Both the position numbers and the translations under genes were made by a program. Positions 28,974-38,861 of a DNA stretch of 64,000 bases are shown piece after piece. Each line of letters begins with the position of its first letter. Positions within the stretch are counted from its first letter, which is position 1. The notes under the pieces are model-generated. The model saw only the letters and a program-made list of their open reading frames with translations, did not search any database and was not told where the DNA came from. This stretch comes from Candidatus Villigracilis propinquus (GTDB lineage: Bacteria > Chloroflexota > Anaerolineae > Anaerolineales > Villigracilaceae): the NCBI GenBank assembly GCA_016714565.1, contig JADKDM010000014.1, positions 77,385 to 141,384 of the forward strand, written 5' to 3'.

Positions 28974-29393
28974 ATGACAGAGAAAAAGCTAACCCTGCAA
29001 CTCGACTTCCATTCCGGACTGCCCATCTACACCCAGATCGTCAATCAAATACAAAGTCAGTTGGCCAATGGAATTCTCAAACCTGGTGATCAACTACCTA
29101 CGGTTCGCGCATTGGCAGCCGAGTTACGCGTCAACTTCAACACCGTGGCGCGAGCATACCGGATACTGGATGAAGTGCGGATCATATCCACACAGCAAGG
29201 GCGCGGCACATTCATCACGGAGAAGCCGCCACCAGAGGTCAGCGAAAAGTTGAGGCATGAATCACTTCATGCTCTTACAAACCGATTTATCACTGAAGCA
29301 TTACGGCTGGGCTTCTCAGAGCGTGAAGTCAGCCAGATGGTGAGAGACAGTTTGAAGTCGTGGAAAGAAGCGAATGAAGAAGATAGTGAATAG
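28974..29393 (+). CDS. GntR (YtrA subfamily) regulator
   Basis: PIYTQI, LPTVRALA..VNFNTVARAY, QGRGTF, short C-terminus. Confidence 0.92.
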   Translation: MTEKKLTLQLDFHSGLPIYTQIVNQIQSQLANGILKPGDQLPTVRALAAELRVNFNTVARAYRILDEVRIISTQQGRGTFITEKPPPEVSEKLRHESLHALTNRFITEALRLGFSEREVSQMVRDSLKSWKEANEEDSE

Positions 29394-29415
29394 TTATTAA
29401 TCAGGAGAATGAAAA

Positions 29416-30348
29416 ATGAACACAAGACTACTTAAGTCAGTAATCAAATCAAAAAAAGAAGATCCTCATATTCCTCCCATCGCAGGAACATTGTTTGGCG
29501 TATTTCTTGTCATTGCGGTCATTGGTGCGATCATTGGCGATGGAAAATATTCAGATGCAGTGCTCGGCACTTGGGTTCTTGGCTGGACTATGATCGGTTC
29601 CTATTTGATGTTCGCGTTGAAGGTTGCAGCGCAGTGGGAAAAAGTGATCGTCCTGCGGCTTGGCAAATTCACCGGGCTGCGAGGCCCCGGCCTCTTCTGG
29701 ATCATCCCGATCGTGGACAGCGCAACCACATGGATCGATCATCGTGTGATGGTCACGCCGTTTGCCGCGCAAAAAACCCTGACGAAAGATACCGTGCCTG
29801 TAGATGTGGACGCCGTGCTTTTCTGGGTTGTGTGGGATGCCGAGAAAGCCGCGCTTGAAGTGGAAGACTACCGCGCCGCTGTAGACTGGGCTGCTCAAAC
29901 CGCGTTGCGCGACATCATCGGTAAGAAGATGCTGGCAGATATCTTGATCGGACGCAGCTCTATTGATAAAGAATTGCAGGCCGTGATCGATGAGCGCACT
30001 ACACCCTGGGGTGTCACCGTACAATCTGTGGAGATCCGCGACATCGTTATCCCGCAGGATCTGGAAAACGCAATGTCTCGTCAGGCGCAGGCTGAACGCG
30101 AAAGACAATCCCGCGTGATCCTCGGCGAATCAGAATTACAGATCGCAGCATCATTTGCGGAAGCATCGAAAGCCTACGTCAACAATCCCACCGCACTACA
30201 CCTGCGCGCAATGAACATGTTGTTCGAAGGCTTGAAGGAAAAAGGCGCGCTGGTGATCGTACCTTCCTCGGCCGTAGACTCGATGAATCTTGGCGGCATG
30301 AGCGGCATGGTCTCACTCGCACAAAACAACCTGCCAAAGGAAAAATAA
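29416..30348 (+). CDS. SPFH/stomatin (slipin) family protein
   Basis: GPGLFWIIP, LTKDTVPVDVDAV, MSRQAQAERER. Confidence 0.92.
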   Translation: MNTRLLKSVIKSKKEDPHIPPIAGTLFGVFLVIAVIGAIIGDGKYSDAVLGTWVLGWTMIGSYLMFALKVAAQWEKVIVLRLGKFTGLRGPGLFWIIPIVDSATTWIDHRVMVTPFAAQKTLTKDTVPVDVDAVLFWVVWDAEKAALEVEDYRAAVDWAAQTALRDIIGKKMLADILIGRSSIDKELQAVIDERTTPWGVTVQSVEIRDIVIPQDLENAMSRQAQAERERQSRVILGESELQIAASFAEASKAYVNNPTALHLRAMNMLFEGLKEKGALVIVPSSAVDSMNLGGMSGMVSLAQNNLPKEK

Positions 30349-30351
30349 TTT

Positions 30352-30379
30352 TAGAGGCACGGCGTTGCCGTGCCTCCAC
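30352..30379. repeat. GTAG-type REP palindrome
   Basis: TAGAGGCACGGC-GTT-GCCGTGCCTCCAC. Confidence 0.65.
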
Positions 30380-30385
30380 AGGTGA

Positions 30386-30401
30386 CGTTTCACGTGAAAC
30401 G
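30386..30401. promoter_or_regulatory. parS centromere-like site
   Basis: CGTTTCACGTGAAACG, perfect palindrome matching consensus TGTTTCACGTGAAACA. Confidence 0.9.
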
Positions 30402-30419
30402 TTTTAGAAAGGAAAAAGA

Positions 30420-31070
30420 ATGAATATCAAAACCACTTCAATTATTGTACTAACCCTAATCGCCATTGCATTGGTCGCAGGGCTGTCGCTTTGGAATCAG
30501 CTCCCTGACCAAATGGCATCCCACTGGAATTCCAACGATCAAGTGGATGGCTACATCTCCAGATTCTGGGGCGTGTTCCTCATGCCGCTCATTACACTGG
30601 GAATGTTCGTGTTATTCCTCGTGGTTCCCGGCATCGATCCGCTCAAGGCAAACATCGCACAATTCCGCGAGGCCTTCAATATATTCATCGCACTGATGGT
30701 GGCCTTCATGCTTTACGTCCACGGGCTGACATTAGTCTGGAGCCTCGGCTATCAGGATTTCAAGATGAGCGCCGCCATGCTGCCGTTCATGGGCATCCTA
30801 TTCATCGCCATTGGCTATTTACTGCGACAAGCCAAGAGAAACTTCTTTATCGGGATTCGGACTCCCTGGACTCTCTCCAGCGATTCGGTCTGGGATAAGA
30901 CGCATCAGCTCGGCTCGACCCTGTTCATGGTTTCAGGAGCATTCGCCATACTTGGAGGATTCTTCGGCGGCATGACAGCCATCTGGCTGATGTTCGTTCC
31001 ATTGATCGGCTCCTCCCTGTTTCTGGTGGTCTACTCCTACGTTTTGTATCGCGGCGAGATGAAGTCGTAA
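30420..31070 (+). CDS. SdpI/DUF1648 family membrane immunity protein
   Basis: LPDQMASHWN..VDGY, RNFFIGIRTPWTLSS..WDKTH. Confidence 0.9.
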   Translation: MNIKTTSIIVLTLIAIALVAGLSLWNQLPDQMASHWNSNDQVDGYISRFWGVFLMPLITLGMFVLFLVVPGIDPLKANIAQFREAFNIFIALMVAFMLYVHGLTLVWSLGYQDFKMSAAMLPFMGILFIAIGYLLRQAKRNFFIGIRTPWTLSSDSVWDKTHQLGSTLFMVSGAFAILGGFFGGMTAIWLMFVPLIGSSLFLVVYSYVLYRGEMKS

Positions 31071-31112
31071 TGCGAGCACACAAACGTGCGTGACCCATAA
31101 TTGGATTACGCA

Positions 31113-31128
31113 CGTTTCACGTGAAACA
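31113..31128. promoter_or_regulatory. parS centromere-like site
   Basis: CGTTTCACGTGAAACA (15/16 to consensus). Confidence 0.9.
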
Positions 31129-31141
31129 AAAGGAAAAGAAA

Positions 31142-31366
31142 ATGAACAATAATGAAATACCCAAATGGGAATATCGTGTGCAAACCATAGGAAGCATGTT
31201 TGGCACAAAGGATGAGGCTATCGAAGCTATATTGAATGAATGGGGTGAAGAAGGCTGGGAGATAACTCACGTATACACACCCGAAGGAAGCGGCAAAGTT
31301 ACCATCGTAGCCAAGCGCCCATTGACACGTGAAACGATCCGCAAACGTTCGATGCCGTCGTTCTAA
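31142..31366 (+). CDS. DUF4177-type small protein
   Basis: KWEYRV, LNEWGEEGWE, KRP. Confidence 0.8.
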   Translation: MNNNEIPKWEYRVQTIGSMFGTKDEAIEAILNEWGEEGWEITHVYTPEGSGKVTIVAKRPLTRETIRKRSMPSF

Positions 31367-31379
31367 TTTGGAGAATAAA

Positions 31380-32276
31380 ATGCTTGAAAGAAAATCGTTA
31401 ACCTGGTTTTTAGTAATTACATTTCTGATCTCGTGGCCTTTGTTCCTTGCGCCGCTGGCATTCACAGACATGGATGCAACCACAAAGCAACTGACAACTC
31501 AGGGTTTATGGGCAGTTGCCATGTGGGGTCCAGGCATTGCCGCCATTATCACAACCTTGTTCATTGCAAAGAAACCTTTCAGCAGTTTGCGATTGAACAC
31601 ACTTGGCCCAAAACGCTTTTATCTTTGGGCATGGTTTTTGCCGCTTGGATTAACCATCATTGGCGGATTATTCACTCTGCTGTTTGGAATTGCAAAACTG
31701 GATTTGAATTTCACGATGATCCGTGATGCAATGGCCTCAGCCGCGAATGGCAGTGAAGTTCCTGTTGAAGTTATCGTACTGACGCAGATATTGTTTGCGA
31801 TCACGCTCGCGCCATTCATCAATGTACTTTTTGCACTGGGCGAAGAATTAGGCTGGCGTGGATTTTTACTTCCGCATTTGATGCCGCTTGGTCAGTGGAA
31901 AGCTATTTTGATCAGCGGAGTGATTTGGGGAGTTTGGCATGCGCCTGCCATCATGCAGGGACATAACTATCCGGGCTATCCGATCCTTGGCAGTTTCATG
32001 ATGATCGTCTTTTGTGTATTGCTGGGTACGATCATTGCGTGGATGTATTTGAATACAAAGAGTCCATGGGTGGCCGCGCTGGCACATGGATCGGTCAATG
32101 CGGTTGCAGGATTGCCAATCGTGTTCTTTCAACCTGATTTCAACATGGCATTTGGCGGAACGCTTGTCACGCCAACTGCATGGATCGGTATGGCATTGTT
32201 CATCGCATGGCTGGTGTGGACGAAGAGACTCCCAGTGCAGAGTCAGGTTGAAGAAACAGGAGCAACTGTCAGTTAG
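31380..32276 (+). CDS. CPBP (Abi/CAAX) intramembrane metalloprotease
   Basis: GEELGWRG, WGVWH, AHGSVN. Confidence 0.92.
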   Translation: MLERKSLTWFLVITFLISWPLFLAPLAFTDMDATTKQLTTQGLWAVAMWGPGIAAIITTLFIAKKPFSSLRLNTLGPKRFYLWAWFLPLGLTIIGGLFTLLFGIAKLDLNFTMIRDAMASAANGSEVPVEVIVLTQILFAITLAPFINVLFALGEELGWRGFLLPHLMPLGQWKAILISGVIWGVWHAPAIMQGHNYPGYPILGSFMMIVFCVLLGTIIAWMYLNTKSPWVAALAHGSVNAVAGLPIVFFQPDFNMAFGGTLVTPTAWIGMALFIAWLVWTKRLPVQSQVEETGATVS

Positions 32277-32296
32277 GAAAGAGGCGAGAAATAAAA

Positions 32297-32312
32297 TAGA
32301 ACAAATGTTCTA
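32297..32312. promoter_or_regulatory. LexA-type box between convergent genes
   Basis: TAGAAC-AAAT-GTTCTA. Confidence 0.6.
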
Positions 32313-32326
32313 TAAATTAAGTCAAC

Positions 32327-32360
32327 AAAAAATGGGCGACTCATCATCGCCCATTTTTTT
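32327..32360. terminator. Bidirectional terminator
   Basis: AAAAAATGGGCGA/TCGCCCATTTTTT. Confidence 0.8.
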
Positions 32361-34735
32361 ATTCCAACTGCGCTGGTGATGCGTTGTTCGGAGTTTCTTC
32401 TTCCGGAGGTCTTTCCTCTTCAACCAAGAAATGCAACAGCGCGGCTTGTGTTCGCATCCATGATCAAGTCCATGTGATGGAATGGACGATAGTCATTGAC
32501 GGCGATCAAACGCAGAGACGCGAGGATGCGCGGGTTGTCAACGGCGATGAATTCTTCAAGACGATTCGGGGTGGTGTAGAAAAAGTTACCGTCGAAGATG
32601 GTACCGTCATCATCAAGAAAAACAGCGATGGGATAAATATTCGCTTCCATCAGATCTTGAAAAAAGTGCGTACCAAAGGATGGTTCAGGCGATGCGCCAA
32701 TGGCTTCGCCTGCAAGTTCGACGAGCGAACGCGCATTGTAAATATCGCTGTACGAAACGTGGACGCCAAGATCGGGGGTGGATGTTCCCCAACGGCCCGG
32801 GCCAACAGCGATAAATGTCTCGCCCTTCAACGCGGCATTGAGTTGACCGATGGAGCGTTCGAGCTGCGTGCGCTCGGCTTGAGATGTGAGACTGAAATAT
32901 CCTTCAGACGGAACGAAGAGAATGTAGCGAATATTTTGCACCGCTCCTTGTGGAACCATGCGCTGTGTGGAGAAAATAATATTTTCATTTTGCAAATCAC
33001 TCGGAATTTGCACGTCGGTGGATTCCAGAATATGGCTTTGCGGACGGCATTGCAGCAGCGTGATGCGAACTTGTGGACGCTGTTCTTCGGGGTTGAGAAT
33101 TTCAATTGTGAACTCGGTATCCACGGGAGAGTCGTAATGCGTTTCCAGCAACCTCAACGCCTCGCGGATGTTTGCGGCAAAAGAAGTGCGGGACAGCAAC
33201 CCGTCAAACGTGATGACCATTTTTTCGCGGTCAGCAATTCTTGAGCGAATGGCTGCGAGATAACCATCCTCTTCCACTTGAGCAATGTAGCGGACGGGGT
33301 CGTAATCGGCATGAATAAGATCGTGGACGGGAACGGTGGTGAAGGCATTTTTTTCGAGGTCGATGACATCCACATTTTGCTGGGAGTAGCGCTTCGTGGT
33401 GCGGACATCCGATGATGAATGCAGGCGCGGATGACTGAGCGCAACGAGGCGTGGATAATCATCGGCGACCATATCCACGGCGCGAGTACCCATACCCCAG
33501 ACGAGGCGAAGGAATCCATCCTCCTGCTTGATCTGCGGAGACCAACGATACAGGTTACGACTGAACGCGACTCCCGCACCATGTGGAAGGAAGTAGCGTC
33601 CCATCTTTTCGCCTTCCACAAATTGGATCAGGATGCCGATGCGCTCATCATAATCAGCCAATTCCTTGAGATGGCGATAGAGCAGCGCGTCAGGATCCAT
33701 GACGCTGGCGTAGATTCGGGAGATGGCGTTTGTCAGTGCAGAAAGTTTTTCTTCCTGCGTGCCCTGGTTGGGAAGGAAGATGCTTTCGTATTTACCGGCA
33801 AAGGAAGTGCCGAAGTTATCCTCCAACAAACTGGAAGAGCGGACAATGAGAGGAGTATCGCCAGCTTCAATAATGATCTCTTCGAGGTGCTCAATAATTT
33901 CAGAAGAGAATTGACCTTGCAGGAATTCAGCATACAGCAAAGGAAAATCTTCCCGCATCTGCTCTTCCGTTTTGTATTTTTGGTCGTTCCAGTGAACAAG
34001 GCCGTTGAAGGTCATAAAGTTGTAGAAAACATCCGAGCCGAGGTAATACGAATTTGGGATCCTGAAACTATCACGCACTTCCGGCGGAGCGGTCTCTTTG
34101 ATGATGCGCATGGCGAGCAGCATGCCCGCGGCTTTCCCGCCGATCTTTCCGCCGCCGATCTTACGCCTGCGGATCTCCTTCAAATCCTCCGCCGTAAACC
34201 ATTGACGCGCCATCTTGATATATTTCAACTGGTCGCTCACCAACGTGCGGATGAGCACCACGATGATCTCCTGCAAACGCGCCTGATATTTTCCGCGCTC
34301 CTCAAGCGGCATGGACTCGATGATCTCGGCCTGCTCAAAAAGCAAATCCTGCGGAGCCAGTTCAGGGTTGAACCAAATGAAGTCTGAATCTGCGCTGCCA
34401 CGCTCGGTCAACGTCTGGCGGACAAGGTGCTCAAATTCCTGATAAGGCAGGTTGTAGGCAAAGTAAAAATCAGTGAGAGAGTCCCGCACACGCGCAAGGC
34501 GAGTTGCCCAAACATCCGCCTGCTCTTCGATATATGGATTGTGCAATCCTTCACGTTCTTGCGACTCAACAGCCTTGAGGCGCGCCTCCTCATTAAAATT
34601 ATCCTTCGTGATAATTCCACGCGCGAACAAGGCTTTTCTCATCTGGTGGCGGATGCGCGTGCTGAGAATGGGATATTGACTGAGTGCAAGCAATATCTTG
34701 ATTACGTTGTCCATGGAAATGCTGGGGAATGTCAT
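32359..34735 (-). CDS. PEP/pyruvate-binding (PPDK N-terminal ATP-grasp-like) domain protein
   Basis: IGGKAAGM, IVRSSSLLED..FAGKYES, LQCRP, GPGRWGTS, SFGTHFFQDL. Likely ATG at 34735. A probable indel near 32423 hides the true C-terminus (..LVEEERP..QLE*) ending at 32359. Confidence 0.85.
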
Positions 34736-34822
34736 GTGGGCACCTGTTTGTTTTTTGCACACGGAATGATCGAGGAAAGAAGAAAGAAATCCATGTACAA
34801 AAGTTTTTGTGGCAATGATAAC

Positions 34823-34856
34823 AAAAAATCCGCCAGGCAAATTGCGCTGGCGGATT
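34823..34856 (-). terminator. Terminator after dnaN
   Basis: AATCCGCCAG/CTGGCGGATT followed by T6 on the minus strand. Confidence 0.7.
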
Positions 34857-34872
34857 CGTCTTCTAAATTGAA

Positions 34873-36006
34873 TTATCCCAAATGCATCGGCATGATAACG
34901 TGCAGGAAGTTATCGTCACCAACCGGTCTGACCACACCCGGCGCATTCGAAGCGGACGTTTCCAGCGCGACATTCGGGGTCTTGATAACCTCCAACGCCT
35001 CGCGCAGGAATTTGACATTGAACGCGATCAACACGCTGCCGCCGTCCACTGTGGCTTCGACGATGGTCTCGTTCTTGCCAGTTTCTTCCGAAGTCGCGGA
35101 AATTTCCACTTCACTCGGCTGCATCTCGCCTTTGGATTCTTTGATGTCCAAACGGGCAACATTCGAACCTTCACGGGCAAAGATCTCAGCCTGCTTGCAA
35201 GCCTTGAGAAGTGTGGCGGTTGAAACGAGTGTGCGCGATTTGTAACTGCGCGGAATGATCTGCTGGTAATCGGGGAAGGTGCCGTCGATCAACTGCGAGA
35301 CAACTTCCACATCCTTCACGCGGAAGAGAACCTGTCCACGATTTTTCGGGACGACCATATAAATGGGTTCTTCGCCATCGCCAGCAACGCGGGCAAGTTC
35401 ATTCAACGCGCGCGCGGGAATGATGATATTGATCGGCTGGGAAACCGGGTTTGAAAGCTGCGCCTTGCGTACCGAAAGACGGAAACCATCGGCGGCAGCC
35501 ATCGTCACTTTATCTTTTTCCACATGCATCAACACACCCATCAACACGGGACGGGCTTCATCGGTCGAAGAAGCAAACGCCACCTGATGGATCATCTCTT
35601 TGAAATCAGCCACGTTCAACTGCACGGCGCTTTCCATTTCAGGCGTGGGCAGCGGAGGGAACTCCTGCGCATCAATGCACTTGATATCGTTGTTCGACGC
35701 GCCGCCTTTGACATGCAGGCTTTGCGTTTTCACATCGAGGGTCAACTGCACCTGATCGCTCGGCATGGCGCTCACCAGATCGGAGAACGTGCGCGAAGGA
35801 ACCGTGGTCGAACCTTCTTCGTCAATACGCGCCGCGATCCAACACGTAATGCCCAATTCAAGATTGGTTGCAGAAAGGCGCAGGCGGCCTTCGTCAGTTG
35901 CGATCAAAATGTTTGATAAAACGGGAAGAGTACTGCGCGGCGATACAGCGCGTGAAACAACGCTCAAACCACGTGCAAGATTTTCTTGAAGGACAGTTAC
36001 TTTCAT
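34873..36006 (-). CDS. dnaN: DNA polymerase III beta clamp
   Basis: TLPVLSNIL, SATNLE, ADGFRL, LIDGTFPDY, IAFNVKFL, VIMPM. Confidence 0.97.
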   Translation of the reverse strand: MKVTVLQENLARGLSVVSRAVSPRSTLPVLSNILIATDEGRLRLSATNLELGITCWIAARIDEEGSTTVPSRTFSDLVSAMPSDQVQLTLDVKTQSLHVKGGASNNDIKCIDAQEFPPLPTPEMESAVQLNVADFKEMIHQVAFASSTDEARPVLMGVLMHVEKDKVTMAAADGFRLSVRKAQLSNPVSQPINIIIPARALNELARVAGDGEEPIYMVVPKNRGQVLFRVKDVEVVSQLIDGTFPDYQQIIPRSYKSRTLVSTATLLKACKQAEIFAREGSNVARLDIKESKGEMQPSEVEISATSEETGKNETIVEATVDGGSVLIAFNVKFLREALEVIKTPNVALETSASNAPGVVRPVGDDNFLHVIMPMHLG

Positions 36007-36062
36007 GGGTGTCGCCCTCGGTTTCTTTGATTAATTTTCAAAAGTATATCATTAACCTATAC

Positions 36063-36122
36063 GTCATTGCGAGGGCGCTCTCTTTCGCCCGAAGCAATCA
36101 CAAGCATCGCCCTCGCAATGAC
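36063..36122. repeat. GTCATTGCGAG..CTCGCAATGAC palindromic repeat (short)
   Basis: GTCATTGCGAGGGCG/CGCCCTCGCAATGAC. Confidence 0.85.
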
Positions 36123-36128
36123 GGTCAA

Positions 36129-38048
36129 CTAAAACCCTGAAACCATCGAAACGCCGAGCATTAACACCGCAAACAGCAACTGACAGGCAAATAATCCCGC
36201 GAACACATATGCGATATACGTCCACACAGAATTCATTCTTGCGGAAGATTGCGGGCGGATTTCCTGCCCTTCAGCCAATGCCTTCGCTGAATCAGCCGCC
36301 TGCCCAAAGTCATTCAGCCACCAAACGCCCGCCGCCTCATCCGGGACGATGAGCCTGCTGCCACCAAATGACTGAATCCACGCTGCCACATTTCCCTGCG
36401 GATTCAAAGCCAGCGAACCTGGCAAAATGATAGCGTCCGCTTTTACATCGTCAGGGATTCCATCTTTCACATTTAACACAGTCAGCGGAACTTTCGGCGC
36501 GCGCTTGGCAAAAGCCGCCTTCACCGCTTCGCCAAATTTTCCATCGCTGTTATCCAACACAAGGAGTTTGTAACCCTCCTGTTTGCTTTCCAATACATCG
36601 GCACGCCCAGCCCCATCCTTCTGCAAAGCAGACAAGTGATACTGCAACAGTACCCCGAAAAGAATCAACACCTGCAAACTATTGAGCGTAGTTTTAGTAA
36701 AGTTGGAAGTTTCTCCGCCAAGGAAGGAATTGATCAGCGTAAAGATCAACGTGCCTGCCGAAATCATTCCACCGATCACAGCCGCGAAGAGAACGACATA
36801 TAGATACGTCTTGCGAATGACCGAACGCCGCGCATGGTCACCAGAATCGCCTTCTTCCAATGCCTGCGCCTGCATCGGACGCCAGGTCATCACCCAGAGC
36901 GGAAGTCCTACAACAAGAGCAGCCAACGCACTGGAAAGCGAAGAGGCAAAGCCGCTAATGCTGAGATAACCGCGCGAAGTAACCAAGTCAATCACCACGG
37001 AGATCAGGGATGAAACTGCAAAGAAGGTTGCCGTCAGTCCAATGATCGAAAGGATATAAAAATACAATCTCTGTTTACCCGCACGGCGCGGAGCATTTTC
37101 ATCAAAAGCAAATTGTTGATTGAGCCATTTGCCATAATATGCCCAGAGAACCGCGAACGGCACACCGATCGAAATGGGGCCGCCAATATCCTGCACAAAT
37201 TCGGTGAAAGATTTGCCACCTTCAAAAAGATACATCAAGGTCATGTAGATGAGGTTGCCACCCGCCGTCAGCACCACGATCACGCCGCCGAGGGAGAGGA
37301 GATAGAGAATGCCGAGGCGTAGATAAGATTCCCTTTCAGCGGAATCAGGCAAAACGTCCTGTAAGATGCGCCATGAGAAGTACCAAATTGGAGTACCGAT
37401 CAAAAGCAAGGCAATCGCGTTGACGACCGTCTCCCGTCCGATCATCCCTAAAACATTTTGAGTGGATAATGTGAAGGCGTAATCCAGGGCTTGTTGTGCG
37501 CCGAAGATGGTCATGAGCAGGCCGTACAGCACCCAGACAAAGCGATACAAGCGGCGGATCTCCGCGAAGTTTTCGGTTTCGGGGAGCGTGCGCCATTCCG
37601 CTTTGAGGATGTTCCAGAAGTAGGCGGCGATCAGCAGATTGATGACGATGGCGATCAGGTTATCGAGCCACGTTTGCGAGCCGCCGACGATGGCACGGTA
37701 GGTGTAGAGATTTGCCGTGGCGAGAAATGTGCGGTTGATAAGAGCGAGCAAATTTTGTACGGCGGGGATCAATGTGCCAAGCAAAATTCCGTAGAGAAAA
37801 ATTGCACGGACGCCCGCTGTTTTTTCCTCGTCATCTTTTGCAGAGACGCGCTGCGCCCACAGCCAATGAATCAGGAAGATCGGCACGCCCACGAGGATCA
37901 GAGACAAGGCCTGCGCCAGTGTGGATGTGCCTTCTATAATTTTGTTTGCGTTGAAAATGGAACGCAGCAGGGTAATGATGCCCCACAACACCACTTCAAT
38001 GCTGATGGCTGCTACGGCGTAAAAATAAAGTCGTCGAATGGTTTTCAT
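36129..38048 (-). CDS. Multi-pass membrane protein with repeated DUF5671-like units
   Basis: Repeated RRLYFY..LILVGVPIFLIHW-type modules. Confidence 0.8.
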   Translation of the reverse strand: MKTIRRLYFYAVAAISIEVVLWGIITLLRSIFNANKIIEGTSTLAQALSLILVGVPIFLIHWLWAQRVSAKDDEEKTAGVRAIFLYGILLGTLIPAVQNLLALINRTFLATANLYTYRAIVGGSQTWLDNLIAIVINLLIAAYFWNILKAEWRTLPETENFAEIRRLYRFVWVLYGLLMTIFGAQQALDYAFTLSTQNVLGMIGRETVVNAIALLLIGTPIWYFSWRILQDVLPDSAERESYLRLGILYLLSLGGVIVVLTAGGNLIYMTLMYLFEGGKSFTEFVQDIGGPISIGVPFAVLWAYYGKWLNQQFAFDENAPRRAGKQRLYFYILSIIGLTATFFAVSSLISVVIDLVTSRGYLSISGFASSLSSALAALVVGLPLWVMTWRPMQAQALEEGDSGDHARRSVIRKTYLYVVLFAAVIGGMISAGTLIFTLINSFLGGETSNFTKTTLNSLQVLILFGVLLQYHLSALQKDGAGRADVLESKQEGYKLLVLDNSDGKFGEAVKAAFAKRAPKVPLTVLNVKDGIPDDVKADAIILPGSLALNPQGNVAAWIQSFGGSRLIVPDEAAGVWWLNDFGQAADSAKALAEGQEIRPQSSARMNSVWTYIAYVFAGLFACQLLFAVLMLGVSMVSGF

Positions 38049-38061
38049 AGATTAACACTCC

Positions 38062-38116
38062 GTCATTGCGAGGAGATTGCTTCGTCGCGAAGAACAAGAA
38101 TGCTCCTCGCAATGAC
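38062..38116. repeat. GTCATTGCGAG..CTCGCAATGAC palindromic repeat
   Basis: Right half nearly identical to 1561-1605. Confidence 0.85.
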
Positions 38117-38122
38117 ATGATG

Positions 38123-38596
38123 CTACGGCTTAAACGGTTCCTGATACCAGTTGTAATCCCAGAAGTTATACGGCATGGAATTCAACTTCCAATCACCATT
38201 CTGTTCCACGAGCAGGGCACGATCTTCGTTGGCGTAGCGGCTGGAGAATGGGTCAGTGTTGGAATAATAAACAGCAAGCGTCACCACGGCTTCATCCGCG
38301 TTGATGTCCACTGCGCCGACTTCCACGCCCACATCCCCCGGGTTGACCATCCCATTGAAGAACGAGCTGCGGAACTCTTCATACGTGGGCTTGTTTTCAA
38401 GGTCGGCAAGGTAGCCGTAGGCTTTTTGATAATCCTTGTTCAGAACGGCAAGGACATAGTTATGCACCACGCCGTCAGGCGTAGTATCTGCAACATACTC
38501 GCGCTTGTCCTGCCGCGTGAAGAAAAGTCCCAACGCCAGCAGGATGAGTACGCCAATTCCAATAAGAATACCTGTCAGAAATTTATCCTGTTTCAT
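38123..38596 (-). CDS. Membrane-anchored hypothetical protein (NTF2-like)
   Basis: N-terminal TM; TPDGVVHNY..DYQKAYGYL, NGDWKL; SD GGAGG. Confidence 0.75.
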   Translation of the reverse strand: MKQDKFLTGILIGIGVLILLALGLFFTRQDKREYVADTTPDGVVHNYVLAVLNKDYQKAYGYLADLENKPTYEEFRSSFFNGMVNPGDVGVEVGAVDINADEAVVTLAVYYSNTDPFSSRYANEDRALLVEQNGDWKLNSMPYNFWDYNWYQEPFKP

Positions 38597-38698
38597 AGTG
38601 CCTCCAATATATATATTAACTGTACTCTAAAAACGACTGAAAAATCGGTGCAAAAGTTCCGCAATTGAAGGTGTTAAAGAAAGAGAATAAAATAACTT

Positions 38699-38760
38699 AC
38701 CACAGAGAACACAAAGTCCACGGAGTTTTTTAGAGGGCTTCTCTGTGCTCTCCGTGGTGA
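38699..38760. repeat. 9-mer tandem-unit hairpin
   Basis: CACAGAGAA CACAAAGTC CACGGAG facing CTCTGTGCT CTCCGTGGT. Confidence 0.7.
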
Positions 38761-38861
38761 AATCCTTTGACAAGCCTTGCAATTACACCCCTCCCAGAGT
38801 AGGTTTTGCTACCAAATCAATCACGGTATACTTTACCCATCTTTTTCACAAGGAGATTTCC

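Noticed and set aside
31321-31336. Third parS site
   Set aside because: Only the right half matches (ATTGACACGTGAAACG), and it lies in coding sequence.
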